NCBI RefSeq assembly: GCF_009914755.1
Contig: NC_060946.1
From: the human T2T-CHM13v2.0 reference genome, Homo sapiens
Reading direction: 5' to 3' (one strand)
Length of the DNA stretch: 64,000 bases
The stretch's first letter is position 1; the number at the start of each line of letters is the position of its first letter. Positions 46,401 to 56,674 of this stretch are shown piece after piece. Both the position numbers and the translations under genes were made by a program. Below the pieces are notes generated by a model. That model made no database searches and was not told where the DNA came from. It worked only from the letters and a program-made list of their open reading frames with translations.

Positions 46401-46737
46401 ACATGTGGTATATTATTGATGAACGTGGGGACTCTGAGGAGTCCTCAGAGGAGGACACAGCAGAGCCCAATGGCTTCATTGATTGCCCATCACGGTGAGG
46501 ACAGGGAAATGGGAGCTTGTGGGATTCTGGTGATGACAGAGGTGAGTGTGGTGAAGCCCTAGGGGATGGTGAATGGTAGTTCCGGATCCCTGGTGAGGAG
46601 CTTCCCCTTAAGCCGGAGTTTCTGAGAGGGGAGAGGGAGAAGCTGGGTGAGGCTCGCATGGACCTTGGGGTGTCCGTGCTGGGGGACCGTTCATAAGAAG
46701 AGCCAGACAAGACCCTACTGTTCTTAGGTGCAGACAT
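43465..46737 (-). CDS. Ser/Pro-rich repeat protein, 1090 aa variant
   Basis: Intact ORF carrying an SSPIALRD variant. Confidence 0.65.
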   Translation of the reverse strand: MSAPKNSRVLSGSSYERSPSTDTPRSMRASPSFSLSPLRNSGLRGSSSPGIRNYHSPSPRASPHSPLSSPESHKLPFPCPHRDGQSMKPLGSAVSSSEDSSESPRSSIIYHMFLLPSPSSSPPALGGSPVSPSYSPNNPRFQLESAPHTQESPTNSRASRCSTPVSCISSPPGLRDPPVAPSYSPANPRFLRESAPCTQESPRDSQVSGEYERSPSPDSSRFMPASPSFSLSPPRNSDPRGSSSPGMWKSSTSSRRASPLSHPSSTEFHNFTFPFPNQAGQSLMSLCSPVSSSGDSSQSPHSSIMYHMFLLPSSSSSPPATHDSPVCPSYSPTTPRFQRESVPHTPETPTNSQTSVRSSPVSLTSSPPALTDPPVCPSYSPTTPTFQRGSVPGTLGSPPSPPLSLSYSPVSSTSLSPTLRDSPVCPSYSPSTPTLQRESVAGTQKSPPNSPISLRYSPVSLMSSPSLRDSPVCPSYSPTTPTFQLESVPGTPESPPNSPISLSYSSVSSTSLSPTLRDSPVCPSYSPSTPTLQRESVAGTQKSPPNSPISLRYSPVSLMSSPFLRDSPVCPSYSPTTPTFQLESVPGTPESPPNSPISLSYSSVSSTSLSPTLRDSPVCPSYSPTTPTLQRESVPGTQESPPNSPISLNYSPVSLMSSPSLRDSPVCPSYSPTTPTFQLESVPGTPESPPNSPVSLSYSPVSLMSSPIALRDSPVCPSYSPTMPRFQRGSVPGTQVSPTNSAISLSYSPVSLTSSPPAPWDSPVCPSYSPTTPRFQRESASHTPESPTDSQTSLRSSLVCLRSLPSAHRDSCVSFSYSQNFSRFQLESVPGTHDTPPNSRISLTYSPVSLMFSPPALRDSSVSLSYSPTISRFHLESASRTQESPTNSRTLLQPSPISFTSSPPAFRDSPGSPSFSPAFPRFLPQSVPGTQDNPRHSQASRDYLPMTCTYTGMAPTHPSVTPNPSPLTLRHSQGLTATPHYRPSVRSPGQSTSPHDAVTWPFLHSSREGPTPRRTRTPPAFRPHTQACPSTCYCHTLASRRGPCNGRYHHPVYPHPTAVQREPPAGPRGCHSPCWHDAPAGRRPCGPHYR

Positions 46738-46812
46738 GATTAGGAAACCTGCAGCTCCCAGGGGCCCCCACTAATGTTCTAACTCGCAGAAGGAAGGAGT
46801 GTGTGTGCGTGT

Positions 46813-46844
<32 letters not shown>

Positions 46845-49800
46845 TTGTGTGTGTGCGGTGTGAGGTATGGGCCCCTTAAGGAAATGGAAATCAACCAACC
46901 AATGGGACAGACAGACAGACAGACAGACAGAGATTCACTTGCCCAAGTGTTCTGTCCTGTCCTCTGAATCCGCTTTCAAGTCGCAAGACGCTGTGAGCTC
47001 CAAGTCCACGCAGAGTCCGCCAAACGCTCCGGCCGCTGATCCGCTCCGCGAAGATCTGAGTACAGGCCAGCCAGGGTGGGTTTAAATAGCCTCGGGCGCA
47101 GCCTAGCAGCGGAAAGGGCGGAGCTTCACTCCTCCTTTCCATCAGTCACCCCCAACTTTCCCAGGCTACACCTCGTAGGAAACTGTTCTCCTGCTTTGAT
47201 TTCATGCGCCACCTTTGGGACAATCTAAGAACTTACAGGTTTTCTTGGCCAGATTTATTAGGAATTGTATGCACTGAAACACTGAAAACCAACTAGTGGT
47301 TCTGTGCTTCCCACGTTGTGGTTTTGACACCAGCAGCATCCTTGCCACAATCAAACCCCGGAGATCCGCAGATCTGTGTTGTAACAAGACCTCCCCCTGA
47401 CCCTGAAGCATGGCAGTTGAAGAAGTCTTTCCGTGTAAGCGAAAAGACTTTGAAGAAAAGGTGGAGATATGCGTTGTATAAACATTCTTTGGCTCTGGAA
47501 CCACGTAGAGACTTGGGAGCCAGTTGGGTGGAGCATTCGTTGGATGAGGGTGCTCGGGTTAGGAATATCAAGGTGTTTCTCCAGATAATCCAATCATCTA
47601 ATTAAGATTCCAGTTATGCTCATCTGTTTTAAAATTCCGTTTGGGTAAATTCTTTTAGTCAGACTGAGAATGGCAAAGCCTCAACCCCAATTTCCAGGGA
47701 GGGTGGAGAGCCTCAGGTGGAGTTGATCACCAATAGCCTATGGTTTAACCCATCATGCCTATAGAATGAGGTCTCCATCAAAACCCAAAAGGACTGGGTT
47801 CAGAGAGCTTCTGGATAACACTTCCTGGAAGGTAGTGCACCCCTCCCCGCATGCCGGGCCCCACATTTATTTCTGAACCTTGTGCAATGTCCGCTAAAAT
47901 ACAACGGCAAATGTAAGTGTTTCCCTGCGTGCTGTGAGCTCTTCCAGCAAATGAATGCAACTAAATCTGGGAGTGGTGGCAACCTGATTTATAGCCAGTT
48001 GCTGAGAAGCACAGGTAAAACAACGTAGGGCTTCCCATTGTTATTGGTGTGGGAGGCCTGTCTGGCGGGACTCGGCCCTTTGGAATCTAATGCTATGTCC
48101 CGGTAGATAGCGTCACCATTGAATTAGAAGACACACATATGTGGAGAATAATCTTTCTGGTCATTTACTGCATGTCATATTTACAATATGTAATCAAATT
48201 CTTTATCCTGACCTTATGGCACCTGGGTTTAGGACCATGATTTGAACCAAACGTTGGTCTGTCACTTTCTGAGTTTGAAACTTTATTTTGCCTTTAGCGT
48301 TTTGCTATTGCTTTTTCGTTTTCTTTTGTTTCGTTTCGTTTCTAAGTTCTGGGGTATATGTGCAGGATGTGCAGATTTGTTACTAAGGTAAACGTGTGCC
48401 ATGGTGGTTTGCTGCACCTGTCAACCCGTCACCTAGGTATTAAGCCCAGCATGCAGTAGCTGTTTTTCTTAACGCTCTGCCTCCCGAAAGGCCCCAGTGT
48501 GTGTTGTTCCCCTTCCTGTGTCCATGGGATCTCACTTTTCAGCTCCCATTATAAGTGAGAAGGTGGCGTTTGGTTTTCTTTCCCTGGATTAGTTTGCTGA
48601 CGATAATGACCACACATCACCACTGTTTTTGTTTTTTAGTATAAAGAGTAGTATTTTATTGAATAAGATTTGCTCACAGAAAAATAAGCTTAAATCTACA
48701 ATGAATGCCAGACCCTACAGCAGAAAGCAATTTTCTCACTTTTCCACACACAATGGTTCCTACTAAGTGAAAAAAAAGCCATAAAATTTCATTCACAAAT
48801 GTACTACTCTGTCTCAAAACATCTCACGTAATCATGCACTGTACTAAAGCCATCAGATCAGTTCTTCAGTCAGGTTAAAGAAGTATCCCTCTAATAACTG
48901 ACTTTTATAATGCTATCAATATCCACTCCCAATCAGTCTGCCATTGTTAATGGTGTACAGCATTACTGAATACAACGGAATTGATGACGCCCATATCCAC
49001 AGACAAACCGTGACTTATGATGGTTTGATTTATGATTTTTCAACGTTATGATGGGTTTATTGGAATATTAGATTCGTTTCTGAGTTACACTGGGTTTATG
49101 AGTATGCGACCCTACACTCCAGAAACAGCTGTATAAGGAAAAACAGGTGTACCTAATAAAAATATGCTTAGTGACTTGGGATAAACCAATAGATGTTCAC
49201 AAGTGATGGAGAGCCGTGAAAGAGAGATAGCGGTAAATAGTTACAATAACACAATTTTCCTGCACCTGTCGAGGATTTCCCCCAAAAAACGCAGAATGTG
49301 GGATGCACCTAAGGCATATGAAAGAGAGAGGGCAGAAGGAGTAAGAGAGAAATAGGAGGAAGGAAGGAAGGAAGCAAGGAAGAAAGGAAGGAAGGAAAGA
49401 AGGAAGGAAGGACGGAAGGAAGGAAGGAAGGAAGGAAGGAAGGAAGGAAAGAAGGATGAAAGGAAGGAGAAAACACCGGTGTTACTAAAACCCCCCAAAA
49501 AATGGTTTCCCCCTGTGGGTAAGCCTACAATGTGGATGAATCTTGAAAATATTGTGCTACGTGTTATGTCAGTCATAGCAGCTCACCTATTGTGCAATTC
49601 CGTTTATAGGAAATGTCCACAATATGGAAATCTATGCATATGGGATTGATCGCACTAGGTAGTTGCTACCTAGGGCTGAGGGTCAGGGAGAGGGTTTGAG
49701 ACAGAATGAGGAGTGACTAATGTCTACAGGGTCTTTCTCTGGTCGGGGGTGATAAGACGTTTTACAATGGATTGCGAATTAAAATTGAATGTGCACAACC

Positions 49801-50065
49801 ACAGGTATACTAAAAGCCACTCAATTCATGACCTTTAATGGGGGAATCTTACGTGGCGTAGTCTCATGGAGACCACGGCAGACATAGTGAGAGAGAAAAA
49901 GGTGAGTAAATATCTGAAACGGAGGCAGAAACAGAGAGAATGAAAAGCCCTGTGAATGGAAGGGAGAGCGAAAAGGGAAAATGGTCCTATTTACAAATGA
50001 CAGATGTGAAACTGGGGTTCACATCAACAGTGTCACTGCCAGGAAGGAGGGTCATGCTAGCCATG

Positions 50066-53000
50066 TCACCGGTAGTGTGGCCCGCAGGGACGCCGACCTG
50101 CTGGAGCGTCGTGCCAGCATGGGCTGTGGCAACCACGTGGGCCAGCAGGAGGTTCCCGCTGCACAGCTGTGGGGTGAGGATAGACTGGGTGGTGATATCG
50201 GCCATTACAGGGGCCTCTTCTGCTGGCAAGAGTGTGACAGTAGCAAGTAGATGGACAGGCCTGCGTGTGAGGACGGAATGCAGGAGGGGTTCTTGTGCGC
50301 CTGGGTGTGGGGCCCTCACGGGAACCGTGGAGAAATGGCCAGGTAACTGCGTCATGTGGGCTAGTAGATTGGCCAGGGCTTCGAACTGAAGGACGATAAT
50401 GGGGAGTAGCTGTCAGGCCCTGGGAGTGCCTGAGTGTAAGTGGAGATGGGTTTGGGGTCACTGAGGGATGCGTGGGAGCCATCCCTGTATAGGTACAGGT
50501 CATAGGTAGATAGTCTCGTGAGGCCTGTGAGTGTCTAGGGTTGTCCTGGGTGCCTGGGGCTGACTGTGGCAGAAATCTGGGGAAGGCTGGAGAGAAGCTG
50601 GGAGACCCAGGAGAGTCCCTGAAGGCAGGGGGTGAAGAGGTGAAAGAAATGGGGGAGGGTTGCAGTAAGGTCCGTGAGTTTGTAGGTGATTCCTGGGTGC
50701 GGGAAGCTGACTCCAGGTGAAATCTGGAGATGGTTGGAGAGTAGCTGAGAGAGACAGAAGAGTCCCTGAGGGCTGGGGGTGAGAACATGAGGGAGACGGG
50801 GGAGTAAGTCAGTGAAATTCGTGAGTTCGGTGGTGTATCGTGGGTGCCTGGAACTGACTCCAGCTGGAATCTAGAGAAGTTTTGAGAGTAGCTGAAGGAG
50901 ACACAAGAGTCCCTGTGGGCTGAGGGCAAAGACCTGAGACAGACCAGGGAGGACCTCAGTGAAGTCTGTGAGTCTGTAGGTGATTCCGGAGTGTGGGAGG
51001 CTGACTCCCGCTGAAATCTGGGCGTGGTGGGAGAGTAGCTGGGACAGACAGGAGAGTCCCAGGGGGCTGGGGGTGACGACGTGAGAGAGACTGGGGAGTA
51101 ACTCAGTGAAATTGCTGAGTTGGTTGGTGATACCTGGGTGCCTGGAACTGACCCCCGCTGAAATCTGGGCATGGTTGGAGAGTAGCTGGGACACACAGGA
51201 GAGTCCCTGAGGGCTGGGGGTGAAGACATGAGCGAGACCGGGGAGTAACTGAGTGAAACTGGTGAGTTTGGTGGTGACTCCGGGGTGCCTGGAACTGACT
51301 CCAGCTGAAATGTGGGCGTGGTTGGAGAGTAGCTGGGACAGACAGGAGAGTCCCTGAGGGATGGTGAAGACATGAGAGAGACTGGAGAGTAATTGAGTGA
51401 AATTGGTGAGTTTGGTGGTGATTCCTGGGTGCCTGGAACTGACTCCCGCTGAAGTGTGGGCGTGGTTGGAGAGTAGCTGGGACACACAGGAGAGTCCCTG
51501 AGGGTTGGAGATAAAGACGTGCTAGAGACTGAGGAGTAACTGAGTGAAATTGGTGAGTTTGGTGGTGATTCCGGGGTGCCTGGAACGGACTCCAGCTGAA
51601 ATGTGGGCGTGGTTGGAGAGTAGCTGGGACAGACGGGAGAGTCCCTGAGGAATGGTGAAGACATGAGAGAGACTGGGGAGTAACGCAGTGAAATTGGTGA
51701 GTTTGGTGGTGATTTCTGGGTGCCTGCAACGGACTCCCGCTGAAGTGTGGGCGTGCTTGGAGAGTAGCTGGGACAGACAGGCGAGTCCCTGAGGGTTGGA
51801 GATAAAGACGTGCTAGAGACTGAGGAGTAACTGAGTGAAATTGGTGAGTTTGGTGGTGATTCCGGGGTGCCTGGAACGGACTCCAGCTGAAATGTGGGCG
51901 TGGTTGGAGAGTAGCTGGGACAGACGGGAGAGTCCCTGAGGGATGGTGAAGACATGAGAGAGACTGGGGAGTAACGCAGTGAAATTGGTGAGTTTGGTGG
52001 TGATTTCTGGGTGCCTGCAACAGACTCCCGCTGAAGTGTGGGCGTGCTTGGAGAGTAGCTGGGACAGACAGGCGAGTCCCTGAGGGTTGGAGATAAAGAC
52101 GTGCTGGAGACTGGGGAGTAACTCAGTGAAAGTGGTGGGCTTGGTGGTGATCCCAGGGTTCCTGGAACTGACCCGCGCTGAAATGTGGGCGTGGTTGGAG
52201 AGTAGCTGGGACAGACTGGAGGGTCCGTAAGGGCTGGGGGTGAAGACGTGAGAGAGACTGGCGAGGATCTCACTGAGGTCTGTGAGTTTGTAGGTGTTTC
52301 TGGGGTGTGGGGTACAGACTCCCGCTGAAATCTGGGCGTAGTTGGAGAGTAGCTGGGACAGACAGGAGAGTCATGGGTGGCTGGGGGTGAGCTGCTGGAT
52401 GATGGCAGTAAGAACATATGGTACATTATTGATGAATGAGGTGACTGTGAAGAATCTCCAGAGGAGGACACGGGAGAACACAATGACATGAGTGACTGTC
52501 CTGCTTGGTTAGGAAAGGGAAACGTAAAGTTGTGGAATTCTGTTGATGATGGATGTGAGAGTGGTGAAGCCCTGCGGGATGATGTAGAGGACTTCCACAT
52601 CCCTGGTGAGGAGCTGCCCCTTGGGTCTGAGTTTCTGGGAGGGGAGAGGGAGAAGCTGGGTGAGGCAGGCATGAATCTTGAGGAGTCAGGGCTGGGGGAC
52701 CGCTCATATTCTCCCGAGACCTGTGAGTCTCTGGGGGACTCCTGGGTGCATGGGGCTGACTCCCGCAGGAACCTGGGGATGGCTGGAGAGTAACTGGGAG
52801 CCACAGGAGGGTCCCTGAGGCCTGGGGGTGAAGAGATGCAAGACACAGGGGTGGAGCAGCGTGAGGCTCGTGAGTTTGTAGGTGATTCCTGGGTGTGGGG
52901 GGCTGACTCCAGCTGAAATCTGGGGTTGTTTGGAGAGTAGCTGGGAGACACAGGAGAACCCCCGAGAGCTGGGGGTGAGCTGCTGGGTGATGGCAGTAAG

Positions 53001-53338
53001 AACATGTGGTATATTATTGATGAACGTGGGGACTCTGAGGAGTCCTCAGAGGAGGACACAGCAGAGCCCAATGGCTTCATTGATTGCCCATCACGGTGAG
53101 GACAGGGAAATGGGAGCTTGTGGGATTCTGGTGATGACAGAGGTGAGTGTGGTGAAGCCCTAGGGGATGGTGAATGGTAGTTCCGGATCCCTGGTGAGGA
53201 GCTTCCCCTTAAGCCGGAGTTTCTGAGAGGGGAGAGGGAGAAGCTGGGTGAGGCTCGCATGGACCTTGGGGTGTCTGTGCTGGGGGACCGTTCATAAGAA
53301 GAGCCAGACAAGACCCTACTGTTCTTAGGTGCAGACAT
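50066..53338 (-). CDS. Ser/Pro-rich repeat protein, 1090 aa variant
   Basis: Intact ORF. Confidence 0.65.
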   Translation of the reverse strand: MSAPKNSRVLSGSSYERSPSTDTPRSMRASPSFSLSPLRNSGLRGSSSPGIRNYHSPSPRASPHSPLSSPESHKLPFPCPHRDGQSMKPLGSAVSSSEDSSESPRSSIIYHMFLLPSPSSSPPALGGSPVSPSYSPNNPRFQLESAPHTQESPTNSRASRCSTPVSCISSPPGLRDPPVAPSYSPAIPRFLRESAPCTQESPRDSQVSGEYERSPSPDSSRFMPASPSFSLSPPRNSDPRGSSSPGMWKSSTSSRRASPLSHPSSTEFHNFTFPFPNQAGQSLMSLCSPVSSSGDSSQSPHSSIMYHMFLLPSSSSSPPATHDSPVCPSYSPTTPRFQRESVPHTPETPTNSQTSVRSSPVSLTSSPPALTDPPVCPSYSPTTPTFQRGSVPGTLGSPPSPPLSLSYSPVSSTSLSPTLRDSPVCPSYSPSTPTLQRESVAGTQKSPPNSPISLRYSPVSLMSSPSLRDSPVCPSYSPTTPTFQLESVPGTPESPPNSPISLSYSSVSSTSLSPTLRDSPVCPSYSPSTPTLQRESVAGTQKSPPNSPISLRYSPVSLMSSPFLRDSPVCPSYSPTTPTFQLESVPGTPESPPNSPISLSYSSVSSTSLSPTLRDSPVCPSYSPTTPTLQRESVPGTQESPPNSPISLNYSPVSLMSSPSLRDSPVCPSYSPTTPTFQLESVPGTPESPPNSPVSLSYSPVSLMSSPPALRDSPVCPSYSPTMPRFQRGSVPGTQVSPTNSAISLSYSPVSLTSSPPAPWDSPVCPSYSPTTPRFQRESASHTPESPTDSQTSLRSSLVCLRSLPSAHRDSCVSFSYSQNFSRFQLESVPGTHDTPPNSRISLTYSPVSLMFSPPALRDSSVSLSYSPTISRFHLESASRTQESPTNSRTLLQPSPISFTSSPPAFRDSPGSPSFSPAFPRFLPQSAPGTQDNPRHSQASRDYLPMTCTYTGMAPTHPSVTPNPSPLTLRHSQGLTATPHYRPSVRSPGQSTSPHDAVTWPFLHGSREGPTPRRTRTPPAFRPHTQACPSTCYCHTLASRRGPCNGRYHHPVYPHPTAVQREPPAGPRGCHSPCWHDAPAGRRPCGPHYR

Positions 53339-53413
53339 GATTAGGAAACCTGCAGCTCCCAGGGGCCCCCACTAATGTTCTAACTCGCAGAAGGAAGGAG
53401 TGTGTGTGCGTGT

Positions 53414-53445
<32 letters not shown>

Positions 53446-56400
53446 TTGTGTGTGTGCGGTGTGAGGTATGGGCCCCTTAAGGAAATGGAAATCAACCAAC
53501 CAATGGGACAGACAGACAGACAGACAGACAGAGATTCACTTGCCCAAGTGTTCTGTCCTGTCCTCTGAATCCGCTTTCAAGTCGCAAGACGCTGTGAGCT
53601 CCAAGTCCACGCAGAGTCCGCCAAACGCTCCGGCCGCTGATCCGCTCCGCGAAGATCTGAGTACAGGCCAGCCAGGGTGGGTTTAAATAGCCTCGGGCGC
53701 AGCCTAGCAGCGGAAAGGGCGGAGCTTCACTCCTCCTTTCCATCAGTCACCCCCAACTTTCCCAGGCTACACCTCGTAGGAAACTGTTCTCCTGCTTTGA
53801 TTTCATGCGCCACCTTTGGGACAATCTAAGAACTTACAGGTTTTCTTGGCCAGATTTATTAGGAATTGTATGCACTGAAACACTGAAAACCAACTAGTGG
53901 TTCTGTGCTTCCCACGTTGTGGTTTTGACACCAGCAGCATCCTTGCCACAATCAAACCCCGGAGATCCGCAGATCTGTGTTGTAACAAGACCTCCCCCTG
54001 ACCCTGAAGCATGGCAGTTGAAGAAGTCTTTCCGTGTAAGCGAAAAGACTTTGAAGAAAAGGTGGAGATATGCGTAGTATAAACATTCTTTGGCTCTGGA
54101 ACCACGTAGAGACTTGGGAGCCAGTTGGGTGGAGCATTCGTTGGATGAGGGTGCTCGGGTTAGGAATATCAAGGTGTGGCTCCAGATAATCCAATCATCT
54201 AATTAAGATTCCAGTTATGCTCATCTGTTTTAAAATTCCGTTTGGGTAAATTCTTTTAGTCAGACTGAGAATGGCAAAGCCTCAACCCCAATTTCCAGGG
54301 AGGGTGGAGAGCCTCAGGTGGAGTTGATCACCAATAGCCTATGGTTTAACCCATCATGCCTATAGAATGAGGTCTCCATCAAAACCCAAAAGGACTGGGT
54401 TCAGAGAGCTTCTGGATAACACTTCCTGGAAGGTAGTGCACCCCTCCCCGCATGCCGGGCCCCACATTTATTTCTGAACCTTGTGCAATGTCCGCTAAAA
54501 TACAACGGCAAATGTAAGTGTTTCCCTGCGTGCTGTGAGCTCTTCCAGCAAATGAATGCAACTAAATCTGGGAGTGGTGGCAACCTGATTTATAGCCAGT
54601 TGCTGAGAAGCACAGGTAAAACAACGTAGGGCTTCCCATTGTTATTGGTGTGGGAGGCCTGTCTGGCGGGACTCGGCCCTTTGGAATCTAATGCTATGTC
54701 CCGGTAGATAGCGTCACCATTGAATTAGAAGACACACATATGTGGAGAATAATCTTTCTGGTCATTTACTGCATGTCATATTTACAATATGTAATCAAAT
54801 TCTTTATCCTGACCTTATGGCACCTGGGTTTAGGACCATGATTTGAACCAAACGTTGGTCTGTCACTTTCTGAGTTTGAAACTTTATTTTGCCTTTAGCG
54901 TTTTGCTATTGCTTTTTCGTTTTCTTTTGTTTCGTTTCGTTTCTAAGTTCTGGGGTATATGTGCAGGATGTGCAGATTTGTTACTAAGGTAAACGTGTGC
55001 CATGGTGGTTTGCTGCACCTGTCAACCCGTCACCTAGGTATTAAGCCCAGCATGCAGTAGCTGTTTTTCTTAACGCTCTGCCTCCCGAAAGGCCCCAGTG
55101 TGTGTTGTTCCCCTTCCTGTGTCCATGGGATCTCACTTTTCAGCTCCCATTATAAGTGAGAAGGTGGCGTTTGGTTTTCTTTCCCTGGATTAGTTTGCTG
55201 ACGATAATGACCACACATCACCACTGTTTTTGTTTTTTAGTATAAAGAGTAGTATTTTATTGAATAAGATTTGCTCACAGAAAAATAAGCTTAAATCTAC
55301 AATGAATGCCAGACCCTACAGCAGAAAGCAATTTTCTCACTTTTCCACACACAATGGTTCCTACTAAGTGAAAAAAAAGCCATAAAATTTCATTCACAAA
55401 TGTACTACTCTGTCTCAAAACATCTCACGTAATCATGCACTGTACTAAAGCCATCAGATCAGTTCTTCAGTCAGGTTAAAGAAGTATCCCTCTAATAACT
55501 GACTTTTATAATGCTATCAATATCCACTCCCAATCAGTCTGCCATTGTTAATGGTGTACAGCATTACTGAATACAACGGAATTGATGACGCCCATATCCA
55601 CAGACAAACCGTGACTTATGATGGTTTGACTTATGATTTTTCAACGTTATGATGGGTTTATTGGAATATTAGATTCGTTTCTGAGTTACACTGGGTTTAT
55701 GAGTATGCGACCCTACACTCCAGAAACAGCTGTATAAGGAAAAACAGGAGTACCTAATAAAAATATGCTTAGTGACTTGGGATAAAGCAATAGATGTTCA
55801 CAAGTGATGGAGAGCCGTGAAAGAGAGATAGCGGTAAATAGTTACAATAACACAATTTTCCTGCACCTGTCGAGGATTTCCCCCAAAAAACGCAGAATGT
55901 GGGATGCACCTAAGGCATATGAAAGAGAGAGGGCAGAAGGAGTAAGAGAGAAATAGGAGGAAGGAAGGAAGGAAAGAAGCAAGGAAGAAAGGAAGGAAGG
56001 AAAGAAGGAAGGAAGGACGGAAGGAAGGAAGGAAGGAAGGAAGGAAGGAAGGAAGGAAAGAAGGATGAAAGGAAGGAGAAAACACCGGTGTTACTAAAAC
56101 CCCCCAAAAAATGGTTTCCCCCTGTGGGTAAGCCTACAATGTGGATGAATCTTGAAAATATTGTGCTACGTGTTATGTCAGTCATAGCAGCCCACCTATT
56201 GTGCAATTCCGTTTATAGGAAATGTCCACAATATGGAAATCTATGCATATGGGATTGATCGCACTAGGTAGTTGCTACCTAGGGCTGAGGGTCAGGGAGA
56301 GGGTTTGAGACAGAATGAGGAGTGACTAATGTCTACAGGGTCTTTCTCTGGTCGGGGGTGATAAGACGTTTTACAATGGATTGCGAATTAAAATTGAATG

Positions 56401-56674
56401 TGCACAACCACAGGTATACTAAAAGCCACTCAATTCATGACCTTTAATGGGGGAATCTTACGTGGCGTAGTCTCATGGAGACCACGGCAGACATAGTGAG
56501 AGAGAAAAAGGTGAGTAAATATCTGAAACGGAGGCAGAAACAGAGAGAATGAAAAGCCCTGTGAATGGAAGGGAGAGCGAAAAGGGAAAATGGTCCTATT
56601 TACAAATGACAGATGTGAAACTGGGGTTCACATCAACAGTGTCACTGCCAGGAAGGAGGGTCATGCTAGCCATG